NCBI RefSeq assembly: GCF_009914755.1
Contig: NC_060932.1
Reading direction: 5' to 3' (one strand)
Source of the DNA: the human T2T-CHM13v2.0 reference genome, Homo sapiens
DNA: 64,000 nt
A program made the position numbers and the translations under genes. Shown in pieces: positions 27,718 to 40,831 of this stretch. Every line of letters begins with the position of its first letter. Positions within the stretch are counted from its first letter, which is position 1. The notes beneath the pieces were generated by a model. It searched no databases. It had not been told where the DNA came from and was given only the letters and a program-made list of their open reading frames with translations.

Positions 27718-27962
27718 CATAATAATTGCTAACTTTAAGGAGTGCTTACTATGTACCAGGCACTGTTCTAAGGTCTTTCCACATATCAACACATTAATTG
27801 TTACATCAATTCCATGGGAGATGCTGTATTATTATTCTCATTTTACAGAAGAGCAAACTGAGTTTAGAGAGTTGCCCAAATTCACATAGCCAGTACGTGA
27901 TGAGTAAGTAGAGCTAGGATTCAAACCCTGATGAGATGGCTCTCGAGTTTGCTTTCTTAACC
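27718..27962 (-). mobile_element. MIR
   Basis: gagtgcttactatgtaccaggcactgttctaag...attttacagaagagcaaactgag...ggattcaaaccc. Confidence 0.8.
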
Positions 27963-29476
27963 TATAAGTGTAATGATCATATCCAACGTGTGTCAGCATT
28001 TTCTACAAACCAGGCACTGCACTAAACACTGTACATATGTAATCTTGTTTCAACCTCACGTAGCCCTAGAAAATAAGTGCAATTGTTATCCACATGCAGG
28101 ACAGAGGTTTATAGAGTTTGCATAAATCTTTCAAAATTGCCAATGGCCAGAACTAAATTCCAAACCTATGGTTCCCCTCTCAATCTTCTCTCTTGAGACC
28201 CACTCATCTTCTTCTTGTTTCTCATACACTAGACACGGGTCTACTTCAAGATCTTTGAGGTTAGTGTTCCCTCACCCTAAGGGTCACAGGGCTTTCTTCC
28301 TCCCCTCCCTCAGCTCTTTTCTCCACTGCCTTGCTACTAATTAATTGCCCTCCACACCACTCCCTAGTCTCTTCCTGCTTTATTCTTCTCCTTAGCACTT
28401 TTTACCAAGGAATATGTCACACAATTCATTCCTTGTAATAAGAAACGTACTCCTCAGCCAGAACATGAGCATTAAAAGAGCAGAGAATATTGTCATTTTG
28501 CTTCATTTTAATAGCCCAAGTATCAAGAGTAGTGCTTCCCATATAGTAGGTTATCAATTAATGTTTGTGGAATTAACAAATAAATTAATTACATCCAGGT
28601 AGACTTGCCTTCAGAACCTTTATTCTGCATGTTATAAATCAATGTTTCTAAAAGCATGTTCCACAGAATATTCAGTCCTCCACTGTTAATGGAGGTGATG
28701 CGTGTGGATGGGGAAAAGACGAGTGGCAAATTTCAGTACAAAAAGTTCTAGAAAGCATAGGTCTCTAATAGAGGTCACTATAGAATCTTTTCAATGATAC
28801 TCGGACTTGCTACTATACACAGGAAACATGGTCTCACCATCTGTCAAAATTATTTGCCTTGAGAATCTTTTGGTCACATAATATCTCCCAAGACCCCAGT
28901 TCCAGAGCTATGTGTTGCAAACGTTCATGTGTTGCAAATGAATCACAGAGGATCTTACAGAAGTGAGGGAATTGGAGACAGTGTTTCATATCAGCTCCCA
29001 CGTAAAGCCAAAACTGTTAGTCCCTAAGATACTCTTTGACAGGCGGAATGCTAAAGAACTCATGTTAGGAAATGCTGACATAAATTGATGGACTTGACAA
29101 ATTCAATTTTAACACACTACAAACAACGAACAAACATGTCTGCATGCTTCCTTAAATCCCTCATGTACTCATGATCTCTCTTCCTACCCAAGCCTCATCC
29201 TGCTCTGGAACACTGTGTCCCATTAGATGGCAATATCTTCCACCCAATCACTCATGCCAGAAAACTGGGAGAAATTGCGACTCCTCTCCATGTAGCTTTT
29301 GAACACGGACTTGAAATCTTGATTCCTCTTCATGTAGCTCTTAGGCTTATCATCTAAGTCTCCATCTCCACTATCTGCTCTAGGGCTCCAGCTACATCAA
29401 ATCAGTATGCATAAGCCATATAATAATAGCTATCAATAAGGTACATTACATAATGAAAAATATGAACTGGGAGGTT

Positions 29477-29502
29477 GTGTGTGTGTGTGTGTGTGTGTGT
29501 GT
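29477..29502. repeat. (TG)n microsatellite
   Basis: Seen directly. Confidence 0.9.
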
Positions 29503-30317
29503 ATTGCACTTGTTGCCTGGACTTCCATGCCAACATGCCAAAGTCACTTGGCCTCTCTCCAATACACTCCCCAAGCCATGGTCAGAATGACCTCTCCAAT
29601 AGAATATCTGATTATGTCACTCCCCTGATTAAATCCATCAGTGCTTGCCCTTGCTCCTCTCTCCTGTGAAGTTCAAAATCCTCTTCATGGCCTGCCAGGC
29701 CTGGTAGGGTCTGGACTTGACTATTTTTCAGCCTCATTGTTCCCTCAACAGGCCCCATCTGTCTTTTTAGAATTCAACCATGCTGGCTTCCTTTCAGCTT
29801 CTCTAGCTTTGCTCCACCTCAGGCCCTTGGAATGTGCTATTTTCTTCATCTCCCATCTCTTTCTGAAAGAGCTTTTTCTCTGAGCAGCCTCTCTGACCCT
29901 CCCAGACCAGGTTATGGATCCCATAGCTGTCTGCGCTTTCCTTTCAGAGGATGCATCACAATTGGAACTAATGAGCCAAGTTTCTGTCCATGTTGGTTCC
30001 TCCTGCTACACTGTGAGATCTCAAAGAATAAGGAGAATGCTTTTCTAGTTTGCTATTACAGTTTCTATCATTATCATAGTAGGCACTTAATAATATGTGA
30101 ATAAGATTTTTTATCATCCAAGTCTGGCTAGGTTCTCTGCCACACATAGCACACAAGGGCCAGAAGGAGATATATGGGCCAAAGCCTGGACAGGCTACTA
30201 ATCTAGAAGGAGTTGGAAGCTAGCAATTTTATCATAACAGTTATGCCACAGTAAAAATCAACCTTCAAGCCTTAGTGGCATACAGCAGTAAGCTTTTATT
30301 TTCCCACTTGATGGCTT

Positions 30318-31270
<953 letters not shown>

Positions 31271-31705
31271 GAATCTAACATATCTTGACCTGTGTTAACT
31301 GCAAGTTGGCTGTAGCTTTGCTCCTTGTGCCATCATTCCTGGAGGCAGTACCCCTTGTGAGGGACTTCCCTTTCTTGCGGCAGAGGGAAGAGAACAGGAG
31401 GGCTGTCAGAAATACATAATGGCTTTTAAAGCTTTTCAGAGCTGACATCTGAAATTTCTACCCATATTTCCTTGGTCAAAGCATATTGCATGGTCAAGTT
31501 CAATGCCATCAGGATAGGGAAGTACACACCTCCAGGGGGAAGCACTGTAAGTCATAGGGTGATGGGTAGATGTATATCAGAAGTACATGGGGGGCGGGGG
31601 GGAAAGGAAGAACTGGGAATTGTTGTATAATTTACTACAGCCCTCCACATTGGTCACAAATATTTAGATTCCTCCTTTTTACTTTAAAAAAAAATGCTTT
31701 ATTCA

Positions 31706-31995
<290 letters not shown>

Positions 31996-32645
31996 GAGCT
32001 GTTTTCACTTCATCTTTCCAGAGAACACGCCAAAATCTTATTTAATCATGGCAACAGACTTCCAGTCCAGAATCCCATAATAATCTCTACATCAATGTGG
32101 TTTCTCTTGATACAAAGACTTCTAAAACATCTTAGCCTGTATGTTCAACATTCAATACCAGAACAGAGATGGAGTAACTTCCATCAAAACTTCTCCTATT
32201 TAGCAAAAGAGTAATGGGGCTATTCTGAAACGGAATGATCAGTTTGATCAGTTGTTACAAAAGCCTTGTACCCTGTGAATAGGGAATGTTCCTTGATAGA
32301 GCTCTAATTCTGCTCCTCAGGGGTATTAACTCAGGCAACTGTGGCTCTTGTTTCTGCCCTCTGGAAAGTAAAAGTATTCCTTTTCCATTACTCTCCTCGG
32401 CCTCCTCTGAAGATTAGAGAATATGCGTTTCTTGGGGGCAGAGCAACCTTCTCAACTTACTTTCTGCTTGTAGAAGTTAGCAAATGGGAAGATAACTTTG
32501 AAATTTTTAGTTGTCATAATCTCTTTGATACCAAGCTGGTACCTCTTTGACTGTACATTCTATTCTAAGAACATATCAACAACTTTTCATGCATTTGATT
32601 CCAGTCAGCTTCCTGTGTCAATATTCATGCTTATAATTGTTTTGA

Positions 32646-32960
<315 letters not shown>

Positions 32961-34670
32961 TAGCTCTTCGTTTTTGACTGCTAGCAGCTTGAGCTTATTG
33001 GACAACCTGTTGCTTAGGCATCTGTCCTGTGTCGGGTGAATAATTCATGGGCATGTCTCTGAAGAACTTTCAAACTCTTTAGCTTTATGAGAAAAAGATT
33101 ATGTTGGCGGTATGAGTTGTGATGACATTGCGAGATCACAATGCCATTAAGCAATTATGTTACTTATACGTAATATGGGGGTAGGGATGGGGATTACATA
33201 TACTAGTATTTAGAGAATATGACAATAATTAAATTATAAGTGATGTACTAAGAAAGGACACAGAAATCAGAAAAGTGGCCAAACAGGCTAGATTTGATTT
33301 ATTTAAACTGACTCACCTCAATTTCCTTGTAATAACACTGGAATAGTTCATGTCCAGGTAGTGATAGAGAATGAGATTTTGGATGCTTTGTCCTGCTTTT
33401 TAGAATCTACAATTTCCACATCGTTAAATTCATTGTAGTACTTTCATTATTTGCCTTTAGATTTGATTTTCTTATACTTGGTGTTCTCAAATTTCCTTTG
33501 GTCACAAATATTTACATTCCTCTCTTTTACTTTAAAAAATGTTGTGTTCAGCAGGGCACGGTGGCTTACGTCTGTAATCCCAGCACTTTGGGAGGCTGAG
33601 GCAGGCAGATCATTTGCTGCTAATGTGTCTTTTTAGGATTTATAGGATATTTCCCGCAACTAGAATTCTGTCCCTCAAAAATGCTATATGTATATCCCTA
33701 CTGTTTGCTCAGGGTTCATTTTCAATTGCAGCATTTTTTGAAGACAACATAGTTATAAAAAAAAAATAGGAGAGAAAAGAAGGAAAACCAAAGGGTGTTT
33801 CTCCTCATTCTGGTGAAACTGGCTCTGTTGAATGTTTTGCAAAATCCAAAAGAGGAAGTAATCCGATACTTGACCACAAGGGTGTGTTGCCTCAATACTT
33901 TGACTAAGGCAAACCACGAGCTGTGCAATGCTTGTGCTGACAAATTATCTGCCCCTTCCCTGCTCCCTCTCCCTCCTGCAGAAGGGGAATTATTTCATTT
34001 GAATGTCCACAATTACCTTGGAGATAGTGTTATTGCTTTCTGGTCCTGGCCAAGAGGCCAGACATTTAGACAAATTGTGAGTGACCAGTTAGAGCCCAAA
34101 TGCTGACCCTGCACATTCTTCCACACTAACACTTACAATGTATTGAAGTTATCTGTTTGCATGTTTGTCTACATGTCTACATTGTTAAATGTCTTAACAA
34201 TGATCAGGAATTAAGCTTATCCCTTATGCTCCCTGAAACTAGTGCTGTGTGCTTGGCACACCACAGATGTTCAATAAACGCATGTGGAAAAGAAATGGAA
34301 GTAGAATATTTTCATTTGTCAGTTCTTGAATTGAAACTATAAAGAAGTGTAAGGCATTAATAATTATAAAGTCTGCATAGAACTCTTATTTGAAGCTTAC
34401 TCATCCTTCAAAGCATATTTTGAATGTTTCTTCTTCTATGCTGTCTTTCTTGATTTGTCGAGTCAGAATGACCATATTCCAATAGTATCTTTATTTCAAA
34501 ATGATTTATATTTAGCTTCATATTGTGTTTAGTTGTTTCTGTATCCATATCTGCATCATGACAAGTCAACTTTGAATGGGTATCTAATTTTATTTTTCTT
34601 CCTGTTCCCTTACTCTACATCACCCAGTCTCTAGCATTAGGTAAGAATTCAAAAAGAGTTTGTTGAGTGC

Positions 34671-35022
34671 TGTGAACTGACTGTGTGTGTCTCCCTGTCC
34701 CCTAAATTAATATACTGAAGCCCTAATCCCCAATGCAATGGTACTTGGAAGTGGGGCCTTTCGTAAGTAACTATGTAATGAAGGTTGAGCCTTCATGAAT
34801 GAGATTAGTCCCTTAGAAGAAACATGAGAGAGATGATCTCTGTCTGTCATGTGAGGACACAGTGAGAAGGCAGCCAACTGCAAACCAGGAAGAATCCCAG
34901 GCACCAAATCAATTGGCACCTTGATCTTGGACTTCCCAGCCTCTAGAACTGTTAGGAATAAATTTCTTTTGTTTAAGCTACCCAGTCTCTGGTATTTTTT
35001 AAATAGCAGCACAAACTAAGAC
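34671..35022 (+). mobile_element. MaLR LTR (MLT1A/MST-like)
   Basis: gaagccctaatccccaatg...ggcaccttgatcttggacttcccagcctctagaactg...aataaatttc...aactaagaca. Confidence 0.8.
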
Positions 35023-36387
35023 ATTAAGTGATTAAACAAATAAATTAATGATGAATGAATGCATGCAAATAAATGAATATTGCATGCATGCATGTATGTT
35101 GTCTGCCATATTTCAGGATGCCACTAAATTGCTGCTAGCTCTGTTCTCAACGAAAAGAATGATCACTAAGAGAGTAAAAGTATTCACCATTTGGTGACTG
35201 TCAATTTGTATAGCTGCTGTGTTCTGTTGCTCACCCTCTCCTGCTGCAGTTTTAACAATCCACGGAAATGGGGATTGTACGTTGTAGAGACTATCTCTAA
35301 AATCAAACACCTACAGATTAGGAATGTGAATGTTAGGTCAATCTCTCACTAGATTTGTCTCTCATTTGGCTTGGTTTTCTAACTTTGCAAGCTAGGAAGA
35401 GAATTCTCAGCTTTGTTGAATGGCTGTAAATTGTAATTTGGAGTTACAGTTGTGTTGAATATTAGTTATTTTGTTGTCCAAATTCCAGTCTCTTTCTTTT
35501 AAGTAACAGCACTCGAATTTTGCATTAAAGAACCCACTCATTCCCATCGCTCAGTCCACGAGGTTTGGACCAGTCTTCACGCTTACCTGCCTGATAGGAA
35601 TAGGAACCCAGTTTAAGCCGAATCAGTACAAGTCATCCCCATGGCCACCATACTTGGTTCAGATTTAGGCACCTAACTTTATCTCAGCCAGTGAGAGAAA
35701 GACTCCTAGTATTTGTTTTTACGGTCGCCAGGATGCTGTAATGTCTTAAGCTGTTGGGGATCCCCAGAATCAAGCTAAACCTTAAGAAGTAGAGTGAAAG
35801 ATGTTATAATTTTTCACTGAATCAAACTCACACAGAAGGCAGACTTATTCCTTATCTTCTATTAACTCCCCAAACTGAAAAATTCCCTTTTTGCTTAAGC
35901 CTGTTTTCATAAAATTTTCTGTTACATGCGACAAAAAGAATCCTCACACACTGCGGGTCTGAATATTTCATGTACGTATGAATTGTTTAGGGTAGCTTGC
36001 TAAAATGCAGATTTCCAGTCCCCAAACCTAAGATATAAATCAGGGCCCAGGAACTTGAATTTTATCAAACAGTGTTGCATTTTAACAGACCATCTTGTTA
36101 AAACAGTGCCCCTGAGCCATATGCACATCTCCATAATGCAGATAATTGGCAGACCAAAGCTTGAGAAATACTGATATAGTTAATGCAAGAGACACTAGTT
36201 AACAATGATAAAAATCAGGAGAGGTGCAAAGTATCACATAGCAGCAGGAAGCAGAGACCATCCTTTGTCCTAAATCAGAAATGTGAAAATCCTTTGCAGT
36301 ATCACGAGTGGATTCCATATTCAATGTACTTCTATTTATAAAATCTTTACTAATTTCTCATGATTATTTCTTCCTGCTTTATGTGTC

Positions 36388-36514
36388 ATGACCAGATATC
36401 TCCGTTTGTCTGGAACTGTCCAGGATCCACCTGTCATTCTGGTATAATTATTAATAGCCCTTCCTTCCATTCTCAAAAGTGTTCAGGGTTGGATGATAAA
36501 TTTTCTGTTCACTC
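36388..36514 (-). mobile_element. MER94-like hAT MITE
   Basis: ataattattaatagccc...tctcaaaagtgt...ttggatgataaa with degenerate tgacca/tcac termini. Confidence 0.55.
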
Positions 36515-39482
36515 TCTTGCTTCATGGTAATCTGCACACACACAAAAGAGTTCTTTGTCTCTCTTGCTGCATTTGCTGAAATAGACATACATATTTTTTC
36601 TATTTTATGACCCTTAGTAGCAGAGACTTTGATATCTTAGAGTCATTATTGCCAAGCCTAAAAGTTTTAAAAATCTCAGAGATCCATGTGGCTCTGAGTA
36701 ACATGTAAACTGAGTAACACATAAACTTACATATATACATATATATCAAAGTAATATATATTACTTCAATATTATGTACTTTGTATTTATAATATATATG
36801 TATTATTATTTACTTTAATAACATCATACTTCTTTATTTTATTTGTATATATAAGTATGTTTAAAGTAATCTGGAACACCCTATCATCCTTAGAGTTGGC
36901 TCATTCTAAGAAAGTGGAATATAAACCTACGAATCACAGTGAGGAATACATTAGAGAGGTGAAAAAAATGCTGCGGGAACACTGGGAGAGATGACATCTC
37001 TGCCAATTCATACATGGCCTAGAGCTCCTATTGCCAGGGATTAATTCTGGAATAACTATAATTTCTGTTCAGTTGATAAAGGGATATGGTGACAGAGGAA
37101 AGATAAGTGAGCTCTTTGGCAGGTGAGGAAAATGATGTCAGTGCTATTTTCAAAGATTTTTATGCACATGGAATGAAGAGATTTGACAGAGGCTATCACA
37201 GTAGTTTACGTTTCTGCTAAACTAACCTTAAAAAAAACTTGAACTGCTTTGATTTTCTTTACTAATGCTAATTGTAAATATTAAGTAAACACACAAAAAA
37301 TAGCTATCTTGTGTTTTATTTGTAATCAAGGAGTATCTGGTATTTAGTAGTAACTTTTTTTCCTACCTTAAAATAGGTATACATTTGTTAAATATTCCAG
37401 GAGACATTATGGTTCCATATTCATATTTTTAATGTTGGAGGAATTTAGTTCAGTGATTTCTGCCTAACAACTGTTGTTTCAAGATAATTTGCTCACTGCT
37501 TGTTTGGTTCTGCTCAAACACAGCTGTAAGTTCTTTCTTTCTATATTTGGAGATGGAGTGACTGATGGCTGGGCATCAACCATCTGGAACAGGGTGTGCT
37601 GGGTGGAAGAGAGGAGAAGGGACAGATCAATGCACGGCTTCACTACATGGCCAGGGAGTCAGTACTAGAATTTTGTATATCCTGTATCCCTACTCTGATC
37701 CTGACCTTTGACTCTATGTGGTTAAAAGAGGAAATGACATCCTACCTGAATTTTTTGTCAGTTTTATCAGGCTTAGTGCCTTCCTTTTAGAGTCAATATT
37801 ATATTCACACCCTCTCCACTTCCCAAAATTAACTTCATAAATAACATAACCAAGCTATACATATATACTTAAAAATCAATATGACTATGATAATATAAAA
37901 AATTTATGAAAATAATTCATAAAAATCATATATATTTCAATACTTAACATTCATCCATGTATCACAGAAATATATAATGAAGTAGTGAGGTGCTTGTATC
38001 TAAATTTAGATTTCCCTAAATGTAACAGCTACGCAACTAGACTGACACAGGTGCATTCTATCAGTGCCTCAAATACTATGAGTAATTAGCCGTTGGTGGC
38101 ATGATATTTTAAAATGAGATAGACTCTTGATAATGTTCAGAAAAAAGGTCAGTGTTTCCTTACATTACACAGTTGCTTCATTCCTGTAAAATTTAATGTA
38201 TATTAAAACCTTCCAAAAATACTTATATGTGAAATGCAGTTCTAGGCAGGGACAATTATAAACAGGTTTTTCACCTACATGAATGTCTGGAAGGACATCT
38301 AGAAGTCATGCATGACCTGGGGCAATTCTTCAAGGTATGGAACTGCACTGTGCATTTCAGGATATCTAGCAGCCCTGGTCCCTTCCCACTAAATAGTAGC
38401 AGTGCCCTACCCCAATCCTGAGACAATAAAATACCATCCTCCATTTCCAAAGTGCCCTCTAGGGGACGGTATTAACTCCACAGAGGATTACTAAGCCTAT
38501 ACAATTCACTGAAGCTAGGGATCATTTACATAAGACCTTATTTTATTTTTTTCTTTCAAGTGTCATTATTGGAAGACCCATTGTCAAGTTCCAATTAAAA
38601 TGGAACAATCATCTTTCCAGGGTGGATTCTCAACAAATAGTTGGGAGAATGGACAGAATCTGTTGTTCTTTATGTACGTATTTTATTTAAATTGCAAATA
38701 ACCTCAAGTTTTTAGTGGTGTATAATAATAGATATTTATTTTTTCTCAGTCACTAGCTTGTGATTCAGCAGGGGTTCTGCCAGAGTTCAGAAAGATTTAA
38801 CTCCAGGCTGACCATCAGAAGCTTGAATACTGGTACTGCCACAGATGTGGGAGAAAAGTTTCCTTATTTTGAACATCATTAGCAACTTCTGATACAAAGT
38901 CCTTGGTAAAAGAGTTTTACTTGAGGCTAGAACTTTAGCTGCAAGGGAGACTGGAAACATGAGTTTCTGATATTTTCATCTTATTTAGTGGGAGGGTGAT
39001 TCTGCATCCAAGATTCATAAGGTGGATGTATCATTTAGTTTGGGTAGGATTATGCCATGTAACAAACAATCCAGCACCCAAATCTCCATAGTTAAAATAA
39101 TAAATATTTATTTTTTTCCTTATACAACACAGTAGTTGTAGATTATCAGTGAGGCCTTGGTTCATCATAATCTGTCTAGAACCTGGATGGTAGAGCAGCT
39201 ATCATCTCAAGCAGTGCTTTACACTGTGCCAGAGACAGAAACTTTGGTGAGCTGGCATTAAAAATTACCAACTGGCCATGACAAATCTCACTTCTAATTA
39301 CATTTTATCAGCCAAAGCAAATCAAATAGCCATACATAATTCTAAGGAGGGTGGAAAGTATAATCCTGTCATGTCCTAAGGAAGATGCTACAAGTATTTG
39401 GTGTTCTGAACTAATGCAACCATGATGAGAAATTTCTCAAACATGGAAAGAGAGTTGAGATGCTGGGCAACCAAAAAACAAG

Positions 39483-39568
39483 ATAACAAATATCCACTAG
39501 AGACTGTCTTATTTATATCTTTTCTATAACAAATATCCACTAGAGACTGTCTTATTTATATCTTTTCT
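39483..39568 (+). repeat. Perfect 43-bp tandem duplication
   Basis: ataacaaatatccactagagactgtcttatttatatcttttct at 39483-39525 and 39526-39568. Confidence 0.97.
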
Positions 39569-40559
39569 ATGTATCACCATGCTCAGTCTAGCTCAGTAGC
39601 TATTAGTGACTTAGTAGATGCTGAATGAATGTTTGTTGAATAAAAAAAGAATGATTGTTTAATTTACCAAATCTTACTATAACTGAAGCTTAAAGAGAGT
39701 TACTTTGCTATTTTAACTCCACACTATGAAGCAAGATAAATATAAGTGACATTTGTATGCAACGTTGCACTTGAAAACCAGAGTGGTACAGTGGAAACCA
39801 AGAGAAAAAAGATGTTTCATTTCAATATTATTTTCAATGTGTTCACTTATTGGTTTCTCCCCACAGCAAGGATACTGTCTCCTGTGCTTAGTAGAGTTTG
39901 GGAGGGTAGGTATTCGATAAAAGCAGTTCTGCTATCATTAGCTGTGTAGTCTTGGGGAAGTGATATCAATGTAGCCATAGGTTAAGGTTATTCAGCTGTG
40001 CCTGAGCACGCGCGTACACACATCTTAGTAATATTCGTCTTTGTATTGTAAAGATCTCCAAGACTGGAAAGCAATACAATTGTAATACAGTTGTACAGTT
40101 GTGATTGTCATGTGACATATTTACAGCCTAGTGTCTATCACAAAGCATCCATTCAAGGGAGGTTTATTGATTTTGTAGTAGTAACCATGCTCTATTCTTG
40201 ATGTGGAGTGGGATGGATATCTAAGAAAGCATGTAATGCATTTGAAAAAGTTTGCCAAGGGTCCTGGGTAAAGGGGTTTTGGTGACGTGGTTCCCAACGA
40301 ATCAAGAATAATAAGCAATGCCCTTCGTCCTCAAATCTCAAAGGTCAAATACTTCACAACTACCAATAGGCACCAAGAGCTCGCGTTCTTTCCTCCACTA
40401 ACCAGAGCCCCGCCCGCTAGCGGTCCGTCAACGACCGCAAAGCCCCGCCTCCTACGGCGGCCCGCCAATCGGCTGCGCGGCCCGGGCCCAACCCTCGTGA
40501 GTCACGTGACAAGGCCAGGCCCGCTTCCGGCACGTCGCGGGCGGCTGACGTCGCCGGGG

Positions 40560-40831
40560 CCCGGCGTCGCGTCAGGGCTGGCCGGCGGCGGAGGCGGCGG
40601 CGGCGGCGGCGATGGCAGCGGACCCTGAGCGAGCTTGAGGGCTCGGACCCAGCTCCCTCCCGCGAAACCTTGGGCGGATCCGGCGCTGCGGCCCCAGCTC
40701 GCTCCGCTCCTGCTCCCTCCCCGGCCGCTGCCTGGGCGGAGGCAGAGGCAGAGGCCCGGGCTGGCCGCCCTGCTCGTGCCCCAGCTCGGCCCCGGACGGC
40801 CCGGCTGCTGTGCAGAGAGGAGGCCGAGTCG
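40560..40831 (+). other. PHF20L1: PHF20L1 non-coding exon 1 (5' boundary approximate)
   Basis: Strong donor TCG|gtaaga at 40832 inside the CpG island, followed by a pyrimidine-rich intron start. Confidence 0.8.
40584..40610 (+). repeat. (GGC)2 GGA (GGC)6 trinucleotide repeat in the PHF20L1 5' region
   Basis: Counted directly. Confidence 0.95.
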
